Of a DNA stretch of 64,000 nucleotides, positions 49,663 to 58,768 are shown piece by piece. The stretch spans positions 384,007 through 448,006 of the forward strand of contig CAWIYB010000005.1 of assembly GCA_963840255.1 (NCBI GenBank). The letters are read 5' to 3'. The notes under the pieces are model-generated. The model saw only the letters and a list, made by a program, of their open reading frames with translations, searched no databases and was not told the origin of the DNA. A program made the translations under genes and the position numbers. Every line of letters starts with the position of its first letter. Position 1 is the stretch's first letter. Origin of the DNA: an uncultured Chloroflexia bacterium (GTDB lineage Bacteria > Chloroflexota > Anaerolineae > Anaerolineales > UBA4823).

Positions 49663-49872
49663 ATGAAAATCAGTGCACGAAATATCTTAAAAGGCAAAGT
49701 GTTGAAGATTGTCCGTGGGGCAGTCAACTGTGAAGTGATCATTGAGCTTCCCGGCGGGGCTCAGCTTGTCTCGATCATCACCAACGCATCGGTTGATACT
49801 CTCGGTCTGACGGAAGGAAAGCAGGCTTATGCCATTATCAAGGCATCCAATGTCATGATCGGGGTAGACTAA
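49663..49872 (+). CDS. mop: Molbindin (TOBE-domain molybdate/tungstate-binding protein)
   Basis: 69 aa, MKISARNILKGKV..GAVN.EV..EL.GG..L.SIITN.S...LGL..G..AYAIIKAS.VMI, the canonical Mop/TOBE pattern. Confidence 0.85.
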   Translation: MKISARNILKGKVLKIVRGAVNCEVIIELPGGAQLVSIITNASVDTLGLTEGKQAYAIIKASNVMIGVD

Positions 49873-49893
49873 TCTACATCTAAAGAGGAGAAC

Positions 49894-50778
49894 ATGAAAA
49901 CATCGCAACAGCTCGGTAAAGCTTTTTCGATCATATTAATACTTTCTTTTTTCCTGGCAGCGTGTTCCAATGCCACACCAACCGCGACTCAACCGCCCAA
50001 ACCAGAAAATCCAAATTTGATCCTGGCGACGACCACCAGCACCCAGGATTCGGGCTTATTGGATATGCTGATCCCGGATTTCGAGCAGAAAACTGGATAC
50101 ACCGTACAGACCGTGGCGGTTGGGTCGGGGGAAGCCATGAAGATGGGACAGGATTGCAACGCAGACGTTCTGCTGGTGCACTCCCCTGCGGCAGAAAAAG
50201 ACTTCATGACCAACAACTATGGGGTTGATCGCCAGCTGGTGATGCATAATGATTTCATCGTTGTCGGACCAAGCTCCGATCCAGCCGGGATCAAGGGAAC
50301 AGCTTCCGCTCCAGACGCCTTCACCAAGATTGCCAATTCTCAATCTCCATTCATCAGCCGCGGGGATAATTCGGGCACCAATGCCAAGGAGCTGGCGATC
50401 TGGAAAGCAGCCAACATCACACCTGAAGGAAGCTGGTATAACGAATCCGGACAGGGCATGGGCGCCACATTAAAGCTCGCTTCAGAAAAAGGGGCGTATA
50501 CACTGACTGACCGAGCGACCTACCTGGCAAACAAGGCCAACCTGGAGCTGGATAACCTGGTTGAAGGTGATTCTACACTGTTGAATATTTACCATGTGAT
50601 CCAGGTAAGCCCTGCGAACTGCCCTAAAGCGAATAATGCCGGGGCGGTTGCCTTTTCTGATTATATCGTTTCCCCTGAAACCCAGGCTTTAATTGCCAGC
50701 TTCGGTGTGGATAAATATGGCCAGGCGTTGTTCACGCCCGATGCGGGAAAAGACGAATCCACGCTCGGTAATAAATAA
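49894..50778 (+). CDS. tupA: Tungstate ABC transporter substrate-binding lipoprotein
   Basis: 294 aa with a lipobox (LAACS) and the TupA-type anion-binding motif ATTTSTQDSGLLD. Confidence 0.8.
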   Translation: MKTSQQLGKAFSIILILSFFLAACSNATPTATQPPKPENPNLILATTTSTQDSGLLDMLIPDFEQKTGYTVQTVAVGSGEAMKMGQDCNADVLLVHSPAAEKDFMTNNYGVDRQLVMHNDFIVVGPSSDPAGIKGTASAPDAFTKIANSQSPFISRGDNSGTNAKELAIWKAANITPEGSWYNESGQGMGATLKLASEKGAYTLTDRATYLANKANLELDNLVEGDSTLLNIYHVIQVSPANCPKANNAGAVAFSDYIVSPETQALIASFGVDKYGQALFTPDAGKDESTLGNK

Positions 50779-50792
50779 GTAATTTTTCCTAA

Positions 50793-50824
50793 ACTGACTG
50801 CGGGCACATATGCCCGCAGTCAGT
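50793..50824 (+). terminator. Intra-operon hairpin after tupA (partial terminator/stabiliser)
   Basis: Perfect 14-bp stem ACTGACTGCGGGCA/TGCCCGCAGTCAGT with a 4-nt centre, followed by TCTT. It lies between the binding-protein and permease genes. Confidence 0.6.
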
Positions 50825-50830
50825 TCTTAA

Positions 50831-51499
50831 ATGCTGCATGATAAAATAACGCACATGAGCTCAGATATCCTCGAAATTACCTTGCTCTCGCTGGAAGTAT
50901 CCCTGCTGGCGACAGCGATCAGCCTGTTCATCGGTTTACCCCTGGGGACTTTATTGGCATTAAGGCGGATGCGTGGCCGCAGATTTATGCTAAGCATCAT
51001 CAATACCGGTATGGCACTACCGCCGGTGGTGGTCGGACTGTTCGTTGCCATGACCCTCTGGCGCAGTGGTCCGCTTGGTGACTTGCATCTGATCTACACC
51101 CCGGCTGCGATCGTGATCGCGCAGACCATTATCGCTGCGCCAGTCGTTACCGGGTTAACTGCGTCTGCATTGCAGCAGCTTGACCCGCGCCTGCGCCTGC
51201 AATTGCTGGGTTTGGGTGCCTCACCGGTGCAATTGGTGATTTCATTGTGGAAGGAAGCGCGCCTGCCACTCCTGGCCGCCTTGATGGCCGGTTTTGGAGC
51301 AGTGATCTCGGAGGTAGGTGCATCCATGATGGTGGGTGGTAACATACGCCACCAAACGCGGGTGCTGACCACCGCCATCGTGCTCGAAACCGGCAAGGGT
51401 GAATTCCAAAACGCGATCACTCTAAGCATCATCCTGCTCATCCTGGCTTACCTGGTCAATTTAGGGTTAACCCTGATCCAGCAGCGGGACGCGCGTTAA
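50831..51499 (+). CDS. tupB: Tungstate/anion ABC transporter permease
   Basis: 222 aa with about 5 TM segments and an EAA-like loop (LGASPVQLVISLWKEARLPLL). The start may instead be the Met at 50855. Confidence 0.8.
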   Translation: MLHDKITHMSSDILEITLLSLEVSLLATAISLFIGLPLGTLLALRRMRGRRFMLSIINTGMALPPVVVGLFVAMTLWRSGPLGDLHLIYTPAAIVIAQTIIAAPVVTGLTASALQQLDPRLRLQLLGLGASPVQLVISLWKEARLPLLAALMAGFGAVISEVGASMMVGGNIRHQTRVLTTAIVLETGKGEFQNAITLSIILLILAYLVNLGLTLIQQRDAR

Positions 51500-51505
51500 G
51501 GTCCC

Positions 51506-52588
51506 ATGATCGAACCGATCCTCAGTGTTAAAGATCTGGTGGTCAACCGCGACGACCAGATGGTATTAAAGGTCGATGCGTTAGAAATCCAACAGGGTGA
51601 AGTATTAGCTGTCATCGGTCCCAATGGGGCTGGCAAGAGCACACTCCTGTTGGTGCTGGCGCGCTTACTGCCACCAAGCAGCGGACAGGTTTTTTTCCGC
51701 GGCAAACCGATGGACCAGGAAGGTGAATTAACCTACCGCAGACGAATTGCCCTGGTGCTCCAGGAACCGCTGCTGCTGCACCGGTCCGTATTCGATAACG
51801 TTGCTGCTGGGTTAAGATTCAGGGGATTACCACGGGCGGAAGTTAAAACCCGGACAACCGACTGGCTGGAACGCCTTGAAATCGGCGCATTGAAGGACAG
51901 GAAGGGTCAACGGTTATCGGGCGGCGAGGCCCAGCGTACCAGCCTGGCACGGGCATTCGTTTTGCAACCGGAGCTGCTCTTTTTAGACGAGCCATTCTCC
52001 GCCCTGGACGCACCAACCCGGTCGCGCCTGCTGCAGGATTTGCACACCATCTTATCTCAAACCGGGATCACCACCGTGTTCATCACCCATGACCTGGACG
52101 AGGCGTTAATCCTCGGCGACCGGGTGGCAGTGATGCTCGGGGGTGTCTTACGCCAAGTAGGACGTCCCCAAGACGTGTTCACCTCCCCGAGTGACGCGGA
52201 TGTGGCTGCCTTCGTAGGTGTAGAGACGGTTATTGCTGGTAAGGTAGCGGTCTCGAAGGATGGCCAGGTTATCGTCGAAGCCAACGGACTTAATTTAGAA
52301 GGGGTTGGAGAGATGGCTACTGGGACGCAGGTACTATTCTGCCTTCGCCCGGAAGATATCACCTTATCTATTTCAGAACGGCCGACCATATCCAGTGCGC
52401 GCAACCAATTAAGCGGACACATTTTGCGTATGGCACCCAACGGACCTCTCGTCAGAGTGGTGGTCGATTGTGGTATGCCGGTGGTGGCGCTGATCACGCG
52501 CGGATCAGCCAATGATATGAAGCTTGTGGAAGGTCAGCCGGTGACCGCCAGCTTTAAAGCCACCGCGGTGCACTTGATCCCAAGGTAA
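51506..52588 (+). CDS. tupC: ABC transporter ATP-binding protein with C-terminal TOBE domain
   Basis: 360 aa with Walker A GPNGAGKST, signature LSGGEAQR, Walker B LLFLDEP and a C-terminal TOBE-like beta domain. Confidence 0.85.
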   Translation: MIEPILSVKDLVVNRDDQMVLKVDALEIQQGEVLAVIGPNGAGKSTLLLVLARLLPPSSGQVFFRGKPMDQEGELTYRRRIALVLQEPLLLHRSVFDNVAAGLRFRGLPRAEVKTRTTDWLERLEIGALKDRKGQRLSGGEAQRTSLARAFVLQPELLFLDEPFSALDAPTRSRLLQDLHTILSQTGITTVFITHDLDEALILGDRVAVMLGGVLRQVGRPQDVFTSPSDADVAAFVGVETVIAGKVAVSKDGQVIVEANGLNLEGVGEMATGTQVLFCLRPEDITLSISERPTISSARNQLSGHILRMAPNGPLVRVVVDCGMPVVALITRGSANDMKLVEGQPVTASFKATAVHLIPR

Positions 52589-52595
52589 ATTAAGG

Positions 52596-53762
52596 TTAAT
52601 CCGTATCCCAGGGAGCAACACCCTTGCCAGCTGCTCCATATAAGGAAGCCTGGATTGGCTCAGCCAGCTCCGGGAGCACATCCGCGGTAGCTGCCAGCAA
52701 TCCAAAACAACCGGTGATCATCATATCTCCGAAAGGGGCGGCGAAGTATGGTCGCAGGCTGCGTTCCGGAGCATCCAGCCGATGCGGAGTAAAGATTCTC
52801 CTGCGCGGTCCGGTGACAACCACGTCAAAATCGCCATCACCCAGGGCGAGGGGAACTGAGTCATACATAAGTGCTCCATGACCATCGTCGTTGAACACAT
52901 CCGCATGGCGGATCGTCCCTTTCGCTAACGAGAGCAATAAAGATTTCAGTTTATCCATATCCAACATCCCGGTATGGTGTTCGAATATCCCCTCGATACC
53001 CCTGAGCCCTAAACGAAATGCCAGTGTATGAAAATTACCCACGTTGGTAATGATCACACGCTCTCTTGCAGCAACACGAGGGTCAAGAGTGGCGCCCAGG
53101 ACAGCTGCCGGGGCAGTATCCATGACGACCAAGGGAGAATCTATCTCTTGGGAGGAAGCAACCACCGCCTTCAAGCGGGTCATACTGGCAGGTACCTCAT
53201 CACCACGGTAGGCAAAGGCGCTCAACCGGTTCAACTTACAGATACGCTGATTGAGGTAGTCAAAGCGGAACTGCCGGTCAGATACATCCACAGGAGCGTT
53301 GCCGTGGTCGAATACGCCCACTGAAACCGCATCCAGTTTCTGCAAACTAATACCAAAAGTACGGAACACATCACCAATTGAGTCAAAGTCAAAATCTCGC
53401 AACACGAGGCGTGTCACAGAGCCTGGCAGCTGCTTTGCTTCATCTTCGCTCACCAGCAGGATCCCCATCTCCTTCACCTTCGTCAGATCATCATTGAAAG
53501 TGCAGGCGGCGTCGGGTGTGGCATATACCTTCAAACCTGCCCGCAGATGAGCCTCTGCAGCCCAGGTGCTCGGTCCGCCTCCCATGGTCACGCCGGTTAG
53601 CAAAATAGGCACTCCTTGCGCAGTTGCCTGTTGGATCTGACGGCGAATTATCATGGTTGGACTGGGTACCACCAGCTTGAAGTTGTTCTCCATATCCAGG
53701 TGGGAATTGTAGAAGAAGATATCCTGCGTGCCGGTACCAATATCGACGGTGAGTATTTTCAT
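52596..53762 (-). CDS. ASKHA-fold (actin/Hsp70-like ATPase) protein, DUF1786-like
   Basis: 388 aa with the N-terminal phosphate-1 motif ILTVDIGTGTQDIF and a later MDTAPAAVLGA segment. The family assignment is from memory and the function is unknown. Confidence 0.5.
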   Translation of the reverse strand: MKILTVDIGTGTQDIFFYNSHLDMENNFKLVVPSPTMIIRRQIQQATAQGVPILLTGVTMGGGPSTWAAEAHLRAGLKVYATPDAACTFNDDLTKVKEMGILLVSEDEAKQLPGSVTRLVLRDFDFDSIGDVFRTFGISLQKLDAVSVGVFDHGNAPVDVSDRQFRFDYLNQRICKLNRLSAFAYRGDEVPASMTRLKAVVASSQEIDSPLVVMDTAPAAVLGATLDPRVAARERVIITNVGNFHTLAFRLGLRGIEGIFEHHTGMLDMDKLKSLLLSLAKGTIRHADVFNDDGHGALMYDSVPLALGDGDFDVVVTGPRRRIFTPHRLDAPERSLRPYFAAPFGDMMITGCFGLLAATADVLPELAEPIQASLYGAAGKGVAPWDTD

Positions 53763-53875
53763 GGGGGCGAGTTTACCACATCCTTGAAAAACAGCATAAA
53801 TAATGCAAGAGACCCAGTTGAAGAAACATAAGGTATACTCGTGGGGATAATTTAGTAAAGGCTAGCGAGGCTTGT

Positions 53876-55531
53876 ATGAGCTTAGAAGAAGAGAAAAAAC
53901 ACTGGCAGGAACGTACCGCCGGCTCCACCGACCGGCACCTCCACGAACGCAAGCCCAAATTCGAGACACCCTCGGGTATCCCACTTCCGCCCATCCTTAC
54001 CCCATCCAACCCCGACCCGGATTATATGGACCAGCTTGGCTTCCCGGGTGAATACCCTTACACGCGCGGCGTACAACCCACCATGTACCGCGGGCGTTTA
54101 TGGACCATGCGGCAGTATGCCGGGTTTGCTTCCTCCGAAGAGTCGAACCGGCGATACCGCTACCTGCTCGAACAGGGGCAGACAGGACTCTCGGTAGCAT
54201 TCGACCTGCCCACCCAAATCGGCTATGATGCCGATGACCCAATGGCTCAGGGCGAGGTGGGTAAAGTGGGGGTATCGATTTCCTCGCTGCAGGATATGGA
54301 AACCTTGTTCCAGCAGATCCCGTTGGGTAAAGTCTCCACCAGCATGACCATCAATGCGCCTGCCTCCATCCTGCTAGCGATGTACATAGCAGTCGCCAGA
54401 CGCCAGGGTGTGGAGACGAAGACCCTGCGTGGGACGATCCAAAATGACATTCTGAAGGAATATATCGCCCGCGGCACCTACATCTTTCCACCAGCCCACT
54501 CCATGCGCCTGGTCACGGATGTGTTCCGCTACTGCCAGCAAGAGTTACCCCATTGGAATACCATCAGCATCTCGGGTTATCACATCCGGGAAGCCGGCTC
54601 AACAGCAGTACAGGAAGTGGCGTTTACATTAGCCAATGCCATCGCTTATATCCAGGCTGCCATACAGGCAGGTTTGGACGTGGATGAGTTCGCCGGGCAG
54701 CTTTCCTTCTTTTTTAACGCACACAACAACTTCCTGGAAGAAGTGGCTAAATTCCGCGCCGCCCGCAGGCTGTGGGCACGCCTGATGCGAGAACGATTTA
54801 AAGCCAAGCAAGACAGCTCGCTGATCCTGCGATTCCACACACAGACCGGCGGCTCGACGCTCACCGCCCAACAGCCCGAGAATAATGTGGTGCGGGTGGC
54901 ATTGCAGGCATTTGCCGCGGTGATGGGCGGGACCCAATCGCTTCACACCAACAGCATGGACGAAGCTTTGTGGCTGCCGACTGAAAAATCCGTACGGGTT
55001 GCCCTGCGCACGCAGCAGATCATCGCCCATGAATCAGGTGTGGCTGACACGATCGACCCATTTGCTGGCTCATACCTGGTAGAGTACCTGACCGACGAAA
55101 TCGAGCAGCGAGCCATGGCATATATCCAGAAGATCGAAGAGATGGGCGGAGCACTCAAAGCCATCGAGCAAGGGTACATCCAGGGTGAGATCCAGGATGC
55201 GGCTTACCGAACCCAGCAGGAAATTGAAAAAGGTGAGCAGGTGGTGGTGGGAGTCAATGCATTCCAGAGCGACGAGAAAATCTCCCTGGAGCGTTTGAAG
55301 GTTGATCCGGCGATTGAAGCTTCCCAGCGCGAGCGGCTGAGGATAATACGCATCAAACGGGATGCCGGCAAGGTCACCCAGCTGCTCAGTCAACTTGAAT
55401 TGGGAGCCAGAGGAACAGCAAACCTTATGCCGCTAATAGTCGATTGTGTGGAAAACGATATCTCCCTGGGCGAAATCTGCGGTATTTTACGCACGGTGTT
55501 CGGAGAATATCACCCACCGGCTTGGGTATAA
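53876..55531 (+). CDS. Methylmalonyl-CoA mutase family, catalytic (N-terminal) subunit
   Basis: 551 aa with [19 protein letters not shown] and [14 protein letters not shown] motifs. No B12-binding domain is present in this ORF. Confidence 0.9.
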   Translation: MSLEEEKKHWQERTAGSTDRHLHERKPKFETPSGIPLPPILTPSNPDPDYMDQLGFPGEYPYTRGVQPTMYRGRLWTMRQYAGFASSEESNRRYRYLLEQGQTGLSVAFDLPTQIGYDADDPMAQGEVGKVGVSISSLQDMETLFQQIPLGKVSTSMTINAPASILLAMYIAVARRQGVETKTLRGTIQNDILKEYIARGTYIFPPAHSMRLVTDVFRYCQQELPHWNTISISGYHIREAGSTAVQEVAFTLANAIAYIQAAIQAGLDVDEFAGQLSFFFNAHNNFLEEVAKFRAARRLWARLMRERFKAKQDSSLILRFHTQTGGSTLTAQQPENNVVRVALQAFAAVMGGTQSLHTNSMDEALWLPTEKSVRVALRTQQIIAHESGVADTIDPFAGSYLVEYLTDEIEQRAMAYIQKIEEMGGALKAIEQGYIQGEIQDAAYRTQQEIEKGEQVVVGVNAFQSDEKISLERLKVDPAIEASQRERLRIIRIKRDAGKVTQLLSQLELGARGTANLMPLIVDCVENDISLGEICGILRTVFGEYHPPAWV

Positions 55532-55561
55532 GGAGCAAGAATTCAGCATGTAGAGGTAGCT

Positions 55562-55972
55562 ATGCCTGAGATCAAACGCATCCACCACATCGCCGTACTG
55601 GTCGAAGATATCGAGGCTTCATTGAAGTTTTGGCAATCTGTCCTTGGGATTGAACCTTCGCATATCTCGGATTATCCCCAGGAGGATGCCCGCATCGCCT
55701 TTCTTCCCCTGGGAGAATCGGAAATCGAGCTCGTCCAACCGACCAGACCTGATTCTGGATTGAGCCGCTTCCTGGAGAAACGTGGTCAGGGCATGCACCA
55801 CCTATGCCTTGAAGTAACCGACCTGCGAAGATTAATGCAAGAGCTGACGGAAAAAAATGTTCAGCTGATCAACGATGAACCGAGAATGGGGGAGGACGGT
55901 CGTTTATATGCCTTCATCCACCCGAAAAGCACCAGTGGAGTGCTGGTGGAGCTGTATCAGCTGCCAAAATAA
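55562..55972 (+). CDS. Methylmalonyl-CoA epimerase (VOC superfamily)
   Basis: 136 aa with IHHIAVLV.DIE, GMHHLCLEV and SGVLVEL segments. It is adjacent to the mutase. Confidence 0.85.
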   Translation: MPEIKRIHHIAVLVEDIEASLKFWQSVLGIEPSHISDYPQEDARIAFLPLGESEIELVQPTRPDSGLSRFLEKRGQGMHHLCLEVTDLRRLMQELTEKNVQLINDEPRMGEDGRLYAFIHPKSTSGVLVELYQLPK

Positions 55973-55981
55973 TTCTGCTGT

Positions 55982-57127
55982 TCATAAACTGCCGATAAGG
56001 GTTTCGATTTCTGTGGCGAGCGGTAGAGAGACGTTTGGAATGCTCGCCAGGCCTTTCATACCCATCTGGCGATAGATCAGGCCAATATCCTGCTCGAGGT
56101 CTTCCACCGCCCAGGCTGCCTTGCGATAATCCCAAATCTGGCTTGAGTTGGCGCTTTCCAATTCCATCATATGTAGCCTGAATGCCAGCTTTTCGACGAG
56201 GCGCTTGTTAAGCTCCTTTTTTTCGCCCGGGATGATCGGGCGGGGGATACGGTCAGAAATACCAACCTGCTCGCAATAGTCATGGATGCGTAAACCAACC
56301 TGGCGCCACGGTTGCACCTGGGCGTAACTGCCCTGTGGGAATAAGCGCATGTAGAGCGGAACCAGATCAGGATGATCACGCTGAAGAATGCGCATGAAGA
56401 ATTCTTTTTGCTGGTCCGCCATGGTTAAACCTCCTGCAAGGACGAATTTCCCACCGTGCCTGGCAGTCCATTTTGCCAGAGCTTGCATGTTCTGGTCATC
56501 ATCGCATAGACCGGGCAGTAACGGCATCGCCACCGTCCCGGTGAGTATACCTGCCTGGGCTATTTCTTCCATCGCTTTGAAGCGCAGCTCCGCCCTGGGT
56601 GCCAGACCCTCTAACCGGGAGCAATCGGCGTAATGGGTCAATTCAGGGGTGGAAATGATGCTAAACGCCACCACCGCCCTGGAATGCAGGTTGATGGCTT
56701 GAAGCAGGTCAAGATCACGCGTGACCAGAGGAGAGCGGGAGAGCACGAAGACAGGAAAGCCAAGCTCGAGGCAGACTTCCAGCATCTTACGGGATAGCTG
56801 GAACTTACGTTCTGCGGGCTGGTAATCTCCCGTGAAGACCAAATCCACAGGCAGGCGACTCAATGCTTTACGCAGCAACTGGGGTGCGTTTTCCTTCACC
56901 TTGATCAGGTGCGAAAATTCATCCGCTTCGGCGTCGTATACAGCCTCAGATTCCTGCGGCTTATGAGGGATATATTTCCGTTCCCTGGAGTAACAAAACG
57001 CGCAACCGTGCTGGCATCCCAGGTACGGGTAGGCGCTGTAGCGGGTCCAGAACCAATGGTCAGCGCGCTTGCCCTTATTGAGAATGGTCTTGGGCTGGTA
57101 GCAGACAAAACACGTTTTCGAAGCCAT
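55982..57127 (-). CDS. Radical SAM protein (SPL/Rv2578c-like)
   Basis: 381 aa with the cluster motif GCQHGCAFCY near the N-terminus. The overall layout resembles the spore-photoproduct-lyase-like family. Confidence 0.7.
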   Translation of the reverse strand: MASKTCFVCYQPKTILNKGKRADHWFWTRYSAYPYLGCQHGCAFCYSRERKYIPHKPQESEAVYDAEADEFSHLIKVKENAPQLLRKALSRLPVDLVFTGDYQPAERKFQLSRKMLEVCLELGFPVFVLSRSPLVTRDLDLLQAINLHSRAVVAFSIISTPELTHYADCSRLEGLAPRAELRFKAMEEIAQAGILTGTVAMPLLPGLCDDDQNMQALAKWTARHGGKFVLAGGLTMADQQKEFFMRILQRDHPDLVPLYMRLFPQGSYAQVQPWRQVGLRIHDYCEQVGISDRIPRPIIPGEKKELNKRLVEKLAFRLHMMELESANSSQIWDYRKAAWAVEDLEQDIGLIYRQMGMKGLASIPNVSLPLATEIETLIGSL

Positions 57128-57174
57128 GAGTCTAAAAGTTCTAAAACTAAAGAGTGAAAAGTAAGATAGTATTT

Positions 57175-57597
57175 CTATTCTAAGGTAGTGAGCACGATCA
57201 CGTGCTTGTTCACCGCCTGTTGCAAACTCAGCGGATCAAGCTGACCATCTGCGCCTACACTCGCATTAAACCCTCCGGCAAAGCGCGGATTTTCCTTGAT
57301 GAAGGCCCTCAGACCTTGTTCCACACCTGGGTCGTCTTCGACTGCTTGAGCGTGGGCTGGAAATAGCTGGCCCTTTAATAGGATCTTCACCGCAGCACCA
57401 TCGCATAAATTACGCCACCAGGTCCTCGTTCTGTAGCTGACGGTTAATAAATTGTTATCTACGCGCAGATATCCAACAGGCACATGATAGGGCTTCCCAC
57501 TTTTACATCCATTAAAGTAGATGATCATCGTATTTCCGCTGAGCATGCCATGCAGGGGGGATTTTAATATCCATTCCATGAGGGGGTTAAACCACAT
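57175..57597 (-). CDS. DUF385 / deazaflavin-dependent nitroreductase-family split-barrel protein
   Basis: 140 aa with G.KSGKPYHVPVGYLR..L.VS......WWRNL, typical of the family. Confidence 0.6.
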   Translation of the reverse strand: MWFNPLMEWILKSPLHGMLSGNTMIIYFNGCKSGKPYHVPVGYLRVDNNLLTVSYRTRTWWRNLCDGAAVKILLKGQLFPAHAQAVEDDPGVEQGLRAFIKENPRFAGGFNASVGADGQLDPLSLQQAVNKHVIVLTTLE

Positions 57598-57670
57598 GTC
57601 TGATGCTCCTTTAATATAATGGGTATAGGAGCTTAATATAGCATGGAATACGAAGATTATTGGAAGGCTT

Positions 57671-58190
57671 TCACGGCAACATTGCTGCTAATGTCGCCCG
57701 GCGTTCGGCATAAGCCTGGTCTTCTTGCAATGGGGTGCATTCTTCCAGCTCACGCTCCTGCAGCAGCAGGTTGCAAGCGAACGCCATGCAGGTGGCTTCA
57801 CCGCACTGTTTACAATTCGTTTGGGGCAGCAACGTCCAAATGTCCAGGGGGCGCGGGGCATGTTTCATTGCCGTCATTGCCACCAGCTCCTCCCGGTGGT
57901 CCCTGGTGGCGTTGATGGCGTCTACCAGCGCTTTGAATAATTCCAGGCCTTCTTCAGTATCCTTGACCTTGGTGATGTAGGCTTTTTCTGAGTATAAGGA
58001 TATGAAACCCGGCTGTCGGCGCAGGGTGAGGGTGCAGCTTTCTGGATTATAGGAAATTACATTAGGTAATGTCGCCAAATAGGGAAGCACATCGTCCAGC
58101 TTGCGTGAGGGATCGCCGATCACAATGAGTCTTGCCCGGCTCTGCCAGGCAAGGCAATACTTTTACCAGGGTGATTGACTCCAAATACAT
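57671..58190 (-). pseudogene. Fe-S-binding protein (C-terminal CFeSP-type 4Fe-4S domain) with apparent N-terminal frameshift
   Basis: The C-terminus LLPQTNCKQCGEATCMAFA matches the PF04060-type Fe-S motif. The long ORF offers no ATG, only a GTG at 58123. An ATG at 58190 opens MYLESITLVKVLPCLAEPGKTH in another frame, and the two join if a single T near 58125-58130 is removed (..GKTH/VIGDPSRKLDDVLPYL..). Confidence 0.55.
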
Positions 58191-58263
58191 GGCCGACCTG
58201 CTATTTCAACATGCTGCTGGTAACCTGAGTGATGTCCGCACCGGGCACCTCGATCATTACCTT

Positions 58264-58425
58264 TCAACCACCCTCCAGCAGCTCACGAGCCTTCCCTTTG
58301 AAGTGGGTTTTCAGGAATGCTAACGCATCCTGGGCATCATTATCAATCAGGATGCGGATCAGCTCTACGATTTCGGTATCATCCAGTACAATGTTGACTC
58401 CTTTTTTCAAATTAATACCCTCCAT
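58264..58425 (-). CDS. Small ORF ending at (or reading through) an in-frame TGA
   Basis: MEGINLKKGVNIVLDDTEIVELIRILIDNDAQDALAFLKTHFKGKARELLEGG then TGA (58266-58264). The same frame stays open for 20 more codons (KVMIEVPGADITQVTSSMLK) up to a TAG at 58203-58201. It falls below the ORF-track cutoff. Confidence 0.3.
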   Translation of the reverse strand: MEGINLKKGVNIVLDDTEIVELIRILIDNDAQDALAFLKTHFKGKARELLEGG

Positions 58426-58525
58426 CCTACTCAGTCCTAAGATCGTAGTATTGCTTTAGCCCCCACCCCAACCCCTCCCCCGCAGGTGGGTGAGGGGCAA
58501 GTTATCCATTTACAGCAGCTCTAAG

Positions 58526-58768
58526 CTAAACCAGCACTTCATCGCGCGATGGGACCCTACCCATACACACCAATTTTTCATTCACCACCAGGCAGGGAGC
58601 AGAGAGTACAGATGTGTACGCCTCGATATGAACCGAATCTTTCAGCTCGGTGATTGAAATCTCAAGCTCCGGCTGCTCATTCCGCAAGGAACGCTGGGCA
58701 GCCACCACGGTTTGCCTAACGGCATAGCGCTAAGCGGAATGGTAGCTGAGGATCTTCAGATCAATCAT
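58526..58768 (-). pseudogene. Decayed thioredoxin-like (redox-active disulfide protein 2 family) paralog
   Basis: ATG 58768 overlaps the acr3 stop (ATGA). The product [42 protein letters not shown] aligns residue for residue with the intact paralog at 59841-60095, but the CxxC site reads S-A-TAG-R. Confidence 0.6.

Noticed and set aside
58730-58732. The in-frame TAG in the thioredoxin-like remnant as a pyrrolysine codon.
   Set aside because: No pyl genes or methylamine methyltransferase context are visible. Both flanking Cys codons are also mutated, which fits decay rather than recoding.
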